The notes beneath the pieces are model-generated. The model saw only the letters and a program-made list of their open reading frames with translations. It was not told the DNA's origin and did no database searches. Positions 31,301 through 44,488 of a DNA stretch of 64,000 bases are shown here, piece by piece. A program made the position numbers and the translations under genes. Numbering within the stretch: the first letter of the stretch is position 1; every line of letters begins with the position of its first letter. The stretch comes from an uncultured Gammaproteobacteria bacterium (GTDB lineage: Bacteria; Patescibacteriota; Microgenomatia; Levybacterales; UBA12049). The stretch spans positions 1,441,887 to 1,505,886 of the forward strand of contig OZ246394.1 in NCBI GenBank assembly GCA_965230895.1, read 5' to 3'.

Positions 31301-34300
31301 ACTGGAAATGGCCAAAATGTCACTGGCTTGAACAATCTTTCAGCTGGTGGAACGATCACATTTGGTGGACTTTCTACAGGAGTCGTCAAGAGCAACGGTT
31401 CAGGCGTTCTTTCATCAAGTGCGATTGGCTTAAATACAGGCGATGTTACGGGAACACTTCCAGTTGGCAATGGTGGAACTGGCCAAACAAGCTTCACAAC
31501 CAACGGAGTAGTATATGGTAATGGTTCAAGTGCGTTGTCCGTAACATCCGCACCAACTGGTGGACAAGTACTTCTCGGGAACAACTCCGGAGTTCCAACA
31601 TTCACCACTATTTCAGGTGGTGTAACTATTAGTAATACTGGTGTTGCAACGATTGCATTATCATCTTCAGGCGATACCGGTAATACAAGTTCAAACTCAG
31701 GATTGGAATTCAATACAACTGATGGATTATCACTCCTTAGAGGTTGTGCAAATGACGAAATCCTTAAATGGAATGATTCCTCAAAGACATGGGTATGTGC
31801 GACTGATGCTGGTGGTTCTGGATCTGCTGGTACTATTAATGTTCAGAATAATGAAGTTGGGATTGGATCCAATGTCGATACAATTGACTTTGGTACAGAC
31901 TTTACTGTCGCAGCATCTCCATCAAATGAAGCAAATGTCTCAATCGCTGATGATGTCTTGGATTTCTCAGAATTCATCGACAACATGACATTGGATGCAA
32001 ATACAAGCATTGCTACAGCGAACTTTAACTTAACACTCGGAACAAACGCTGGGACAGGCGGAGTCGTTGTTTCTCCAAATGCAGGTGGTAATGCAGCCTT
32101 GATCGTTAACAAGCAGGGAACAGGTGATATCTTCACGGCTTCTGCTTCAGGTACAACCCGATTGACCTTGAGCAATTCTGGTAACTTAAATATTGTTGGT
32201 GGTAGTTATCAAATTGGTGGTACAAATGTTTTGAGTAGTAGCACCCTTGGATCAGGTGTCATAGCTTCTTCTTTGACAAGTGTTGGGGCATTGAACTCCG
32301 GTTCAATAACTTCAGGCTTTGGAGCAATTGATACAGGAACTGATGCTATCTCTGGTGGAGACATCACTGCAACTGGAACGACTGGCTTTACCGCTTCTGG
32401 TAACGGCGCAGGTCTCACATTCTCAGGAACAGGTAACCATTCAATTTCAGCTTCAGCTGGAACCTTGCAGTTGGGCGCAACCACATTGACCGGAGCAATC
32501 ACAGGAAATGGTCAAAATGTTACAGGTTTGAACAATTTCTCAGCTGGCGGAACGGTAACCTTTGGAGGATTTACAACCGATGGCGGCTTACTCTACACAA
32601 ATGGTTCAGGCGTTCTCGCTCAGACATCTGCGGGGACAGGCGGACAATGTTTGGTCTCCAACGGTGGTGGCGCACCAACATGGGGAGCATGTGCTGGTGG
32701 TTTGGCTAATTATTGGAATTTAGCAAATGGTGTTATTACACCACAGAATTCAACTGTTGATTTCTTAATTGGTGGCCAAGCTACAAGTTCAGCAAAGTTC
32801 GCTGTCTTAAATGTTAATTCAGGAACACCAACAGCATCTGTCTCAGCTGGAGCGACAGGTGGTCTTTCAATCGCAGCAGATGGCACAATTGGCACAACAA
32901 ATCGACAATCATTAACTCTTGGTAACAGTTCAACAGGTAATATCGTCTTGAATGGATTTGGAGCTGGTATCGTTAAGACCACTGCTTCAGGTGTACTCTC
33001 AAGTTCAGCACTTAATTTAGCTTCAGCAGAAGTTACTGGTACACTTGGTGTCGGCAATGGTGGAACTGGCCAAACAAGCTTCACAACAAATGGCGTTGTC
33101 TACGGAAATGGTTCAAGTGCGTTGTCTGTAACCTCTGCGCCAACTGGCGGCCAAATCTTGATGGGCAATAACTCTGGAGTTCCTACATTCACAACCGTTT
33201 CAGGTGGCCTTACCTTGAGTGATACAGGCGTTGCTTCAATTGTCTTAACTTCATCAAACGATACTGCGAACACGAGCTCTAATTCAGGACTGGAGTTCAG
33301 TACAGCAAATGGCTTGTCATTGCTTCGGGGATGCAACAATGGCCAGATCTTGAAATGGAATGAAACTTCAAAGCTTTGGGAATGTGGTTCTGACGCTGGT
33401 GGAACCGGTGGCCCTGCAGGTGTTGTCAATGTTGAGAACAATGACTCAGGTGTTGGTACAGATGTTGATACCATTGATTTCAGTTCAGATTTCTTGGTCA
33501 CAGCATCTCCATCAACAGAAGCAAATGTTTCAATTGCTGATGATGTTATTGACTTCACAGAACTTGCTGATAGCTTGAGCCTTGATGCTGCAACACAAAT
33601 TGCCTTAAATAACTTCAACCTCACACTCGGAACAAACGCTGGTACAGGTGGAGTTATTGTTGCTCCAAATGCTGGCGGCAATGCTGCATTAATCATCAAC
33701 AAGCAGGGGACAGGCGACATCTTTACAGCTTCAGCTTCAGGTACCACTCGATTGGCTTTGACAAATAGTGGAGACTTGAACATCATCGGTGGCGCATATC
33801 AGATTGGTGGTACAAGTGTCTTGAGTAGTAACACGCTTGGTTCAGGTGTAGTTAATTCATCTTTGACAAGTGTTGGTGCATTGAACTCCGGTTCAATAAC
33901 TTCAGGCTTTGGAGCAATTGATACAGGTACAGATAATATCTCCGGAGGCAATCTCACTGCTACAGGAACGACTGGTTTCATCGCTTCAGGCAATGGTGCA
34001 GGTTTGACATTCTCAGGCACAGGCAATCATGACATCACAGCATCTGGTGGTACACTCCGATTGGGTGCAGCGACATTGACTGGGGCAATCACAGGAAACG
34101 GTCAAAATGTCACTGGTATTGCGAACCTGGGTGCAACCGGAACTGTAACCTTTGGCAGCTTCACAACAGATGGTGGTTTGCTCTACACAAATGGTTCAGG
34201 CGTAGTCGCACAAACTGCACAAGGCACAGCTGGTCAATGTCTTCTCTCAAATGCAGGTGGCGCACCAACATGGGGTTCATGTACTGGCGGCTTAGCTAAT

Positions 34301-37300
34301 TATTGGAACCAAAATAACGGTGCATTGTCTGCAATGAATTCTACCGTTGATTTGCTTGTCGGTGGACAATCATCCGCTTCAGCAAAGTTTGCTGTCTTGA
34401 ATGTTAACTCAGGAACACCAACAGCATCTGTATCAGCTGGAGCAACTGGTGGTATCTCAATTGCAGCGGATGGAACAATCGGTACAACAGCCCGCCAATC
34501 ACTTACACTTGGCAATAGCACCACAGGCAACATTGTCTTAAATGGATTTGGAGCTGGCATAGTGAAGACCAGTGCTTCAGGCGTTCTTTCATCAAGTGCG
34601 ATCGGTTTGAATACAGCGGATGTCACTGGTACCTTGCCAGTTGGTAATGGTGGTACTGGAGCAACATCGTTTACAGCCGGTGGTGTCCTTTATGGAAATG
34701 GTTCAAGTGCAGTAGCAGCTTCTTCTCAAGGAACAGCTGGCCAAGCATTACTCTCCGGCGGTACTGGCGCACCAACATGGACAACTGGGACACTTTCACT
34801 CGCTGGTAATTTCACAACGGCAGGTGCAAATGCTTTGACACTTACCACAACTGGCGCAACAAATGTCACGCTTCCAACCACCGGAACGCTTGCCACATTG
34901 GCTGGTACTGAGACGCTCAGTGGTAAGACACTCACTGCTCCACGAATTGCAAATGGTGGATTCATCGCTGACGCCAATGGTAATGAACAATTGATCTTCA
35001 ATACAACAGCATCAGCAATCAACGAATTAACGCTCACCAATGCAGCGGCAAGTGGTGTCGTTACCCTCGCTGCAACAGGCGGTGACACTAATATTCCATT
35101 TGCAATCGATGCAAAGGGGACGGGAGAACTTAGATTGAATGGAACCGGAACTGGTAACATATTGCTTGGTGGTGGATTCGGATCAACAGGTTGTACGCTT
35201 ACAAATTCATCTGGAGCATTTGCATGTAACGGCGCAATCACAGGTTCAAATATCTCTGGTTCAACTTCAGGAACCAACACTGGTGATCAGACAATTACCT
35301 TGACTGGTGATGTCACGGGAAGTGGTACAGGTTCATTTGCGACAACAATCGCGGACAATTCAGTCGATGGTACAGATATTGCACTAGGCTCAGATACTGC
35401 GGGTGATTTAATGTACTACAACGGAACTGATTGGGTCCGATTAGCTGCAGGTACTGGAAACCAAGTGTTGCATTCCGGTTCAACACCATCTTGGGGTGCA
35501 CTTGATTTGACGACTCAAGTGACAGGAACTCTTCCAATTGCCAATGGCGGTACAAATTCAACTGCGACACCAACCAATGGTGGTATCGCATATGGTACTG
35601 GCACAGCATTTGCCTTTACTTCTGCCGGAACCGGTGGACAATGTCTCCAATCAAATGGAGCCGCTGCACCGACATGGGGAACTTGTACAGGAGGATTGGC
35701 TAACTACTGGAATCTCTCAAATGGTACTTTGGCCCCAGTAAATACAACACTTGATCTTTTGGTAGGTGGGACAAGTTCATCTTCAGCGAAATTTGCAGTT
35801 TTGAATGTTAATTCAGGAACACCAACAGCGTCAGTCTCAGCTGGTTCAGCTGGCGCAGCATACTTAACAGCAGCTGGTGCATTGCAAACGACTGCAAATC
35901 AAACACTCTCTCTTGGTGGTAACACAACTGGCAACATAGTCTTGAATGGTGATGGCAGTGATCGAGTCGGTGTTGGTGTTTCAACTCCAGTTGCTATGTT
36001 TAATATTGGTGAATACTCAGATTCTGTTGTTTCTCTTGCTCTTGGAAACGATGCAAATGCAGCTAATTATGGTTTAGCTGCGTTCAATAATAACTTAAAG
36101 CTTGTTGCTCCTTCAGGATTTAGATTTATGACAGGCACACCAGGTGGAACTGAAGTAATGACTATCACTGGAGGTAATTTGGGTGTTGGAGTAACTTCTC
36201 CAACCGCAAAGCTTGATGTTAACGGAGCAGCATCCGTCTCAGGTTCATTAACCTTCCGAACTGGAGCAGGCACAATTCAAACGACTGCAAATAACACATT
36301 AACGCTTGGTGGTAATACAACAGGAAACATCGTCTTCAACCCATTGAACGGAGCAGGCACAGTCCGAATCACATCGTTGGCTAACTGTAACACGATTGAT
36401 ACTGACGCAAATGGTGTTCTCTCCTGTGGAACTGATGAGAGTGGTGGAGTTCAGAACTACTGGAATCTTTCAAATGGAGCACTCTCTCCAGTCAATAGTA
36501 CCGCTGATCTTTTAGTTGGTGGGGCAGCTTCATCATCAGCAAAGTTTGCAGTTCTGAATGTGAACTCAGGTACACCAACAGCATCTGTATCAGCTGGTTC
36601 AGCAGGCGGTGCATCATTAACAGCAACCGGTGTCCTGGGGACAACAGCGCGCCAATCCTTAACGTTGGGTAACAGTACAACCGGTAACATCGTCTTGAAT
36701 GGATTCACGACTGGCGTGGTAAAGAGCAATGCTTCAGGCGTTCTTTCATCAAGTGCAATCGGTTTGAATACAGCGGATGTCACTGGTACCTTGCCAGTTG
36801 GTAATGGTGGTACTGGAGCAACATCGTTTACAGCCGGTGGTGTCCTTTATGGAAATGGTTCAAGTGCAGTAGCAGCTTCAACACAAGGTACAAGTGGGCA
36901 AGTGCTTCTTTCCGGAGGGACAGGCGCTCCAACATGGACAACTGGTACATTGACCTTGGCGGGCAATTTCAGTACATCAGGTGCAAATGCATTGACGCTT
37001 ACAACAACAGGTGCAACTAATGTGACTTTGCCTACAACTGGTACATTGGCAACGCTTGCTGGTACAGAAACACTCAGTGGTAAGACACTCACAGCGCCAC
37101 GATTTGTAAATGGTGGATTCATCGCTGATGCCAATGGCAATGAACAATTAATCTTTAATACGACAGCATCAGCAATCAATGAATTGACGTTAACGAATGC
37201 CGCTGCTAGTGGAGTTGTCACTTTGGCAGCAACAGGTGGAGACACCAACATTCCATTCGCAATTGATGCAAAGGGGACGGGAGAACTCCGATTGAATGGA

Positions 37301-40300
37301 ACAGGAACCGGTAATATCTTGCTTGGTGGTGGATTCGGCTCAACAGGGTGTACGCTTACAAATTCATCTGGAGCATTTGCATGTAATGGAGCGATCACAG
37401 GTTCAAACATTTCTGGTTCAACTTCTGGAACAAATACTGGCGACCAGACGATCACGTTAACAGGAGACGTTACTGGATCAGGCACAGGATCTTTTGGTAC
37501 AACCATTGCAGATAATGCTGTTGATGGTACAGACATCTCACTTGCTTCTGAGGCACAAGGCAATATCATGTACTTCGATGGAACTGATTGGGTACGATTG
37601 GCAAATGGTACAGGCAATCAAGTGCTTCACTCCGGTACAACTCCATCATGGGGAGCAGTGGATCTCACAACTCAAGTTACTGGGACACTTCCAATCGCAA
37701 ATGGTGGTACAAATTCAACAGCAACTCCAACCAATGGCGGAATCGCTTATGGAACTGGAACTGCATTTGCATTCACAAGTGCAGGAAGCGGTGGACAATG
37801 TCTCCAATCAAATGGAGCAGCAGCTCCAACATGGGGATCATGTGGCGGTGGTATTTCAAATTACTGGAATATCAACCAAGGCACAATTGCTCCTGTAAAT
37901 ACAACACTCGACTTGTTGGTTGGTGGCACAAGTTCATCATCAGCGAAGTTTGCAGTATTGGGCATAAATTCAGGCACACCAACAGCATCTGTTTCAGCAA
38001 CAGCTTCAGGCAATGGACTCTCACTTGGTGGCGATGCAGTGATCCAGTCACTTCGAAATAACACATTAACTATCGGTGGAAATACGACTGGCAACATCAC
38101 ATTGTCACCTTTGAATGGAAGTGGTACAGTCACTTCAACTGGCGATCTTAACCTCGCTACTGGTAAAGTATTCCAGATTAATGGAGCATCAGTTCTCTCA
38201 TCAACAACCCTTGGTACAAGTGTCGTATCATCATCTCTTACAACAGTTGGAGCTTTGAATGCAGGTTCAATTACATCCGGATTTGGAGCAATTGATGTCG
38301 GCTCAGATAACATTGCTGGAGGAGACATCACTGCAAGTGGAACTACTGGTTACATCGCTTCAGGCAACGGTGCTGGCTTAAACTTCTCAGGAGCAAGTAC
38401 CCATACAATTCAAGCGTCAGCAGGTACATTGCAGATCAACGCTTTCACCATGGGTGGAGCAATTACAGGGGGAGGAAATAACATCACTGGCCTTGGGCAG
38501 CTTACTGTTGATAACTTAAGACTTGATGGAAACACATTAGATACAACTTCTGGTGATCTTACAATTGCAGCAAGTGGTGGTGATATCATCTTCTCAGATA
38601 CAAATACACTTAATATTGGTGGCAATGTTTCAGACGTTGCATACAATATCATTGGCGACACTATCTCAGGTGCAAATGGAAATATGAATTCAGACGATGA
38701 TTTGTTCGTCGAAGGAGATTTGCAAGTTGCTGGTACACTCTTTGCGAATGTCACAACAGGTTTGGCTGCAAATTCACTCGTCTTCACTGGAACCAATGGT
38801 GTGCTTTCTGTTGATAGCTCTAACTTCTCAGTGAATAACACAACCAAGAGAATTGGTATTGGTACAAATTCACCTTTGGCATCGCTTGATGTTCGAGCAA
38901 CTTCTGGTACTGTGCCAGCAGCATCAGTTTCAGGTACAACTGCAATGGCAGCAATGATCGTCGATAATAATGGTGTAGGTGATCTCTTCACAGCAAGTAA
39001 GTCTGGTGCAACGAAGTTCGTAGTCACAAATGCAGGGAGAGTTGGTATTGGGACAGGGACACCATCAACGACTGCATTACTTGATGTTGAAGGACAGATT
39101 CAATCAAGTGAATTACAACTGACATCAGGAGGAGTAATCGGATGGAATTATTACAATAATGGACTTGATCGATACCTCGCAACAGGAGAAGCATTCCAAT
39201 GGTGGCAGAATGGAGCAAACCTTAACCTTATGTCAGCAGGGAGTGGAGCAGCAAACAGTCAGATCGTCTTCAAGACAGCAATGACTATCAATGCAAGCGG
39301 CAATGTCGTCGTAAACAATGATGGTAACGCACAGGATTTCCAGGTTAAAAGGAGATAATGATGCCAATCTGTTATTCACCCAGGGATCAACAGATAGAGT
39401 TGGTATCGGGACAAATACTCCGTTAGCAAAACTTGATATCCGTGGAACACTTGGTACAACGACAGTAGCATCAGTTTCAGGAAATACTTCGAGAGCAGCA
39501 TTCCTCGTTGATAATAATGGAGTTGGTGATTTGTTTACTGCAAGTAAATCTGGTGCACGAAAGTTTGTTATCAATAATCAAGGATATCTTGGCTTGGGAG
39601 GCGCAAATGCTGATACAACAAATTATATTAGTGCCGCTAACTTTGCAGTCCAAAATGATGGGCAAGTTTACACAACAGGTCTTAATAATTACAGCTCAGG
39701 GAATAATGCTTACATCAACTTGGCTTTAACAGGTACAACTATCCAACGTAACGTTGCTGATGCCAATGCAGCATTGATTGTCCAACAGCTTAATGCTTCA
39801 AGTACAGGAGATATCCTTCAATTAGCAAACAGTGCTGGTACAGTTTTGAAAGTCACAAGAGGTGGTTCACTTGGTCTTGGTGCAACAACACCACTTGCAA
39901 CCTTTGATGTTCGGGGTAATTCTGGTACCACACCAGTTGCTTCAGTATCAGGGCTTACCTCAATGGCAGCATTGGTTGTAAATAACAATGGTGTTGGTGA
40001 TCTCTTTACAGCTTCTAAGTCTGGTTTGCCTAAGTTTACAATTAAAAATAACGGAAGAGTAGAAATCGGACAACAGGTAACCAATCCAAGTTCAAATGAT
40101 ACGCTGACGATAAAGAACATCGCAGGTTCAAATACAGACTTCTCTATGGAAGATGGAAATGGTGTAAATCGATGGACATGGTTCGCAAATACAAGTGGCG
40201 TTACTGGTTTCTATGACGCATCAAATGCATTGACGCCATTCTATATTGAAGAGGGTGCAGGCAATAACTCAATTACAATTGATTCTACTGGCAATGTCGG

Positions 40301-41111
40301 TATTGGTGTAGCAAATGCTACGCAGGCGCTTGAACTTTCTTCCGGAAAGATTATCCAAATGAATTCAGGTCAAATTCAGGATTATGGTGATATCACTATG
40401 AAGTTGGATGCTGATAACAATGGCTCAAATGACTTCGAGATCTTGAACGGTGGTAGCACTTCCGTCTTCAAGGTAACAGAAGCTGGTGTTGTAACTATCA
40501 CTGATGGAAGTGGGAATGGATTCAGCTTCGATCCAGCAACTGGTCCAACATATTCAGGTACAGCAAGACCACCAAGAAAGGTTACACTAAGTGCAGAATA
40601 TCCAGGAGCTATCCTAACAGCATCTGGTTCAGCGACAACAAATGGACTTATGACATCTGATGCTTCTCCATCTGCAGCAACTCTAGCAAGATTTATGAAC
40701 TACTATGAATGGAATTCCAGCCAGACATCATATCAAGATTATACAGTTGCGGTTAAAGTAACATTACCTGATGATTTTGTAGCCTGGGAAACATCAAATG
40801 CAATTCAGATTTATTACAACACTGAAGCTGGCACAAACACAAGTAATAAGCTAGACGTTCGAATTCAGAATGCTGATATCGGCCTAACGCTTGCAGAATA
40901 CTCGACTCCAGTGGCATTACGTACAAATCAAAATACGTCATCAAAGGCATGGACTGCAATTTCTATTGATGACTCAGAAATTGATAGAGGAGTGAATCAG
41001 GATCTTGATATCGCTGGGGATACAGCAATTATTTTCTTGAAGATGTATTCTAAGGATAATAACTATGTCCAAGTTGGAGATATAATCCTCAATTACAGAT
41101 CGAATAAGTGA
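25319..41111 (+). CDS. Giant fibre-like surface protein 1 (about 5263 aa if joined): MerR/BldC-like HTH, TM, repetitive G/T/S/N shaft, C-terminal globular domain; +1 frameshift at A-run 39347-39350
   Basis: Track ORFs 25289..39358 and 39318..41111 join as ..DFQVK|GDNDANLLFTQGSTDRVGIGT on removing one A; ATG 25319 aligns with the paralogue starts. Confidence 0.85.
28000..37900 (+). repeat. Large intragenic duplications in giant gene 1
   Basis: Matching anchor pairs 28646/30461 (offset 1815), 31474/33061 (offset 1587) and 34624/36781 (offset 2157); all offsets are multiples of 3. Outer boundaries are approximate. Confidence 0.85.
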
Positions 41112-41245
41112 TAAAGGGGAGTGTTGTACCTGATTTATAGTTGAATTTTGCTTCAGTCTATACTTGTCCGCATCGTTTGCAACTGTACAAAAATTGATCT
41201 AGTATAAAGAAGGAGTACTGCCGATTTTTTCGGGTACCTTTTGCT

Positions 41246-44200
41246 ATGCATACTGCCTTATTAATGCAAGAATCACGCCTCAATCATCTCAAACGTATCG
41301 TGGCGGTCGTGAATATCATGACACTTGCTTTGGGACATTTTGCTTTGCCTGTTCATGCAGCAGTTGGTGCAAGTACTTCTGCCCAACCAACAGCTTCTCA
41401 AACAAAAGCTCCCGTCAAAAAGGTTGCAGGAATATCTAATGAAATCAACCGATTGACGTTGGCTGATGATGCTTACTCCAATATCTCTGCGAAACCCCCA
41501 ATCCCGGTAACTGTGGATGTAATGGAAAAAGAAGATTACAAAGCCGATGAACCAGTCACTGTCACAGTGAACAATCCGGATCGGGATGCATTTACGGCCA
41601 AAGTTGTTAATGCAAAAGGTGAAGAAATTCCTGTTGAAAAAAGAATTGTGGACCGGGGAAGTGAAGCCGAAGTGCTTTTGGCGAGTACCAATCAATTTGT
41701 TCCCGGCAAATTTACCATTGAGGTTACTGATGCCAAAGGCAATATATCCAAACAGGATTTCACCTGGGGAGTCCTGGCTTTGAATACAGATAAGGCAACG
41801 TACAAACCGCAGGAAACCGCAGCAATTTCCATGGCTGTTCTTGATGACAAAGGAGAAATGGTTTGTAATGCGGATGTCACGCTCAAAATTACCAACGAGC
41901 AAACCTATATGCAAACGACTTTGTCTACCGAAAACGGTAAGATCGAAATAAATAAAGAATGCTCGACTAAAATCCTGACAACTGTCCCTGATTATGAAGC
42001 CACATATGTCGTTGGCGACGAAGGTAAATATGCGATGGAGCTGCAGGCAAAAACAGAAAAGGGAAGTTACACAATCCATGATGAATTCAATGTCAAAGCG
42101 CAAACACCTTTCGAGATCCGACGAACAAGTGCAACCCGTTTGTATCCACCTCTTACATATCCGATGAATATTGAAGTCACTGCAAGTGAAGATTTTGAGG
42201 GAACTGTCACAGAAACTGTGCCTGATAGTTTTACCATTACACCAGTCGATCAACAATCATCCTATGATGGATTAAAGACTGTGTATTTGGATGGCAAAGA
42301 TCCTGAGAAAAGGATTGAGCAAAATGTCCTGGGTGCAAGTATGTCCGCATTGCAAATGCCTTTTGACGGAAGCTATGCTATCACCCAAGGTTTTGGAGGG
42401 TATATGACCGATGGGGAATTGCGTAATTTCTACTCACAATATGGTCTCTCTGGACATGATGGAGTGGATTTCGCTTTGCCGATGGGAACGCCTCTTTATG
42501 CTGTGGACGATGGCAATGTCGTTTTCTCTGGCCCTGGAGATTATGGTATCACCATCATCATCCAACATGCCTGGGGGAAATCCTATTACGGCCATTTAAG
42601 TAAGGCAGAGGCTCCAAAGGAATCCTCTGTAAAAAAAGGCTCGCTCATCGGATACTCAGGAAATACAGGTGAATCAACCGGACCCCATTTACATTTCGGG
42701 ATGAAGCCAGAGAATCCTGACATGAATAATGGCTATTCTGGGAAAATCGATCCACTTCCATATCTCAATCTTACCGGCAATGGCATCAGACCTCCAGCTT
42801 TGGAACAGGCAATCAATTCATCAGGAGTTCTGTCTGCAACAACTTCGGCTGAAAGTGAAGCAACACATTCCGCAGACAAACCAAACCTGACCGAACCTGT
42901 CGCTCCAAGTGCTTCAGCATCAGCAACGCCTGAGCAGACGAAGGCACTCAATGAAGAAAAGGCTGCACCGTTTACTGTCTTGAGTCAGGAAATAGCAAAT
43001 GAAGTCGCAGATTCTGAGACGAGTGTGACTGAAAAAGTAAAAGTCCTGAAGTGGAAGGTCTCTTTGAAGAAGGGCGAGAAGACGACATTGAGTTACGCAT
43101 ATAAAGCACCTGAAGTAAGTCCACAATTTTATCTTTTAGGTTCTGTAAAAATTTTTAACAAGGATGAGCAGCTTGTCTTCGATGATGTGCGTAAATGGCA
43201 GCTTGCAGGCGACGCAATCGGTGCAAAGTGGTACGACTACAATTGGTTATATCGCAAGGAGATCTCAATTGATAGCTCTCAGGTTCCTTCTACACAGACT
43301 AATTTCCCTGTCTTAGTTAGTTTGACAAGTGATAGTAATCTCTCTACCAGTTCACAAGCTGATGGAGACGATATTCTCTTTACCGATGGAACTGGTATAA
43401 CGAAGCTTTCGCACGAAATCGAAAGCTATAGCTCAGGTACGTTGGTTGCTTGGGTGGAAGTGCCAAGTGTTTCCTCTTCATCGAACACAAGTATTTATAT
43501 GTACTACGGCAATGCAACAGTATCTAGCCAACAAGATGTAGCAAATACTTGGAATAATGGTTCTAATCAGTTTAGATTCGTACAGCATTTAAATGATGGT
43601 AACGTAAGCACAGTTGTTGATTCGACAACAAACGGGAATAATGGTACGAAAATAGTTTCTGCTTCGCAGCCATCTAATTATGCGAGTGGCAAAATAGGAG
43701 CAGCAATGGATTTCGCAGGAAATTCAGCGGGTGCTACAGGTATCACAATCTCTGGCTCACCAGCCAATATTCTTGACGTTACAGATAGTGACTATACATT
43801 CAGCGGATGGTTTAATCCTGATACAATACCCGCTGCCACAGGATTGAGAGATTACGCAGTTGTAGGAAGAAGAGGAAATTTCAGTGGATTAAGTTACGCT
43901 GCGAATCCTGATTTCTTTGCTACCCTTCGCACGACGAGTGCCTTTAACGCCAATACTGCTTCTAATGTCTATGCTACGGGCAGCTGGCATTACGTTGTCC
44001 AGACCGTTAATAATACTTCTAAAGTTCTTTCAATTTATGTTAATGGTTCATTAGTAGATTCTACTTCCTATACCGGAACTTTGCGCAACTATTCAAGTAC
44101 TGAGCCTTATATGATTGGAAGAGCAGATCCAAATGGTACATGTAATACAGATTATGTTTGGTGTGCTGATGGGAAGATCGATGAGGCAAGGCTTTCCAAT

Positions 44201-44371
44201 GTCGCTAGATCAGCGGATTGGATAGCAACCGAGTATAACAATCAAAATTCTCCTGGAACCTTCTACACAGTCGGTTCTGAAGAAACAAAAGTGTATGCGC
44301 CATTGCCTGCTGAGCTTATGCGTCATGGGAAATTCTTTGATACTAGGGGAGAGCAGCCATTCGTTTTCTAG
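41246..44371 (+). CDS. Secreted multidomain protein: Ig-like domains, M23 peptidase, DUF2341-like, LamG/ConA-like (start may be ATG 41264)
   Basis: Signal ending VHA-A; M23 motifs GHDGVDFA, YYGHL, GNTGESTGPHLHF; TNFPVLV..DGDDILFTD..LSHEIE..YMYYGN; WHYVV..IYVNG..GKIDEARLSNVARSADWIATEYNNQ. Confidence 0.85.
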   Translation: MHTALLMQESRLNHLKRIVAVVNIMTLALGHFALPVHAAVGASTSAQPTASQTKAPVKKVAGISNEINRLTLADDAYSNISAKPPIPVTVDVMEKEDYKADEPVTVTVNNPDRDAFTAKVVNAKGEEIPVEKRIVDRGSEAEVLLASTNQFVPGKFTIEVTDAKGNISKQDFTWGVLALNTDKATYKPQETAAISMAVLDDKGEMVCNADVTLKITNEQTYMQTTLSTENGKIEINKECSTKILTTVPDYEATYVVGDEGKYAMELQAKTEKGSYTIHDEFNVKAQTPFEIRRTSATRLYPPLTYPMNIEVTASEDFEGTVTETVPDSFTITPVDQQSSYDGLKTVYLDGKDPEKRIEQNVLGASMSALQMPFDGSYAITQGFGGYMTDGELRNFYSQYGLSGHDGVDFALPMGTPLYAVDDGNVVFSGPGDYGITIIIQHAWGKSYYGHLSKAEAPKESSVKKGSLIGYSGNTGESTGPHLHFGMKPENPDMNNGYSGKIDPLPYLNLTGNGIRPPALEQAINSSGVLSATTSAESEATHSADKPNLTEPVAPSASASATPEQTKALNEEKAAPFTVLSQEIANEVADSETSVTEKVKVLKWKVSLKKGEKTTLSYAYKAPEVSPQFYLLGSVKIFNKDEQLVFDDVRKWQLAGDAIGAKWYDYNWLYRKEISIDSSQVPSTQTNFPVLVSLTSDSNLSTSSQADGDDILFTDGTGITKLSHEIESYSSGTLVAWVEVPSVSSSSNTSIYMYYGNATVSSQQDVANTWNNGSNQFRFVQHLNDGNVSTVVDSTTNGNNGTKIVSASQPSNYASGKIGAAMDFAGNSAGATGITISGSPANILDVTDSDYTFSGWFNPDTIPAATGLRDYAVVGRRGNFSGLSYAANPDFFATLRTTSAFNANTASNVYATGSWHYVVQTVNNTSKVLSIYVNGSLVDSTSYTGTLRNYSSTEPYMIGRADPNGTCNTDYVWCADGKIDEARLSNVARSADWIATEYNNQNSPGTFYTVGSEETKVYAPLPAELMRHGKFFDTRGEQPFVF

Positions 44372-44488
44372 ACAGAACTTTTGGCATATCGCCAAAGGTC
44401 ATCAAATGCGAAATGACAAATGGTAACGCGTCTTGATGAGTCTTTAGATTTCTTTACATTTTAGTCGCTTTATTCTATGCTGAGTGCC

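Noticed and set aside
28000-37900. Diversity-generating retroelement TR/VR pair or CRISPR array
   Set aside because: Repeats are in-frame coding duplications with mostly synonymous differences, not adenine-specific; no reverse transcriptase, cas genes or repeat-spacer periodicity.
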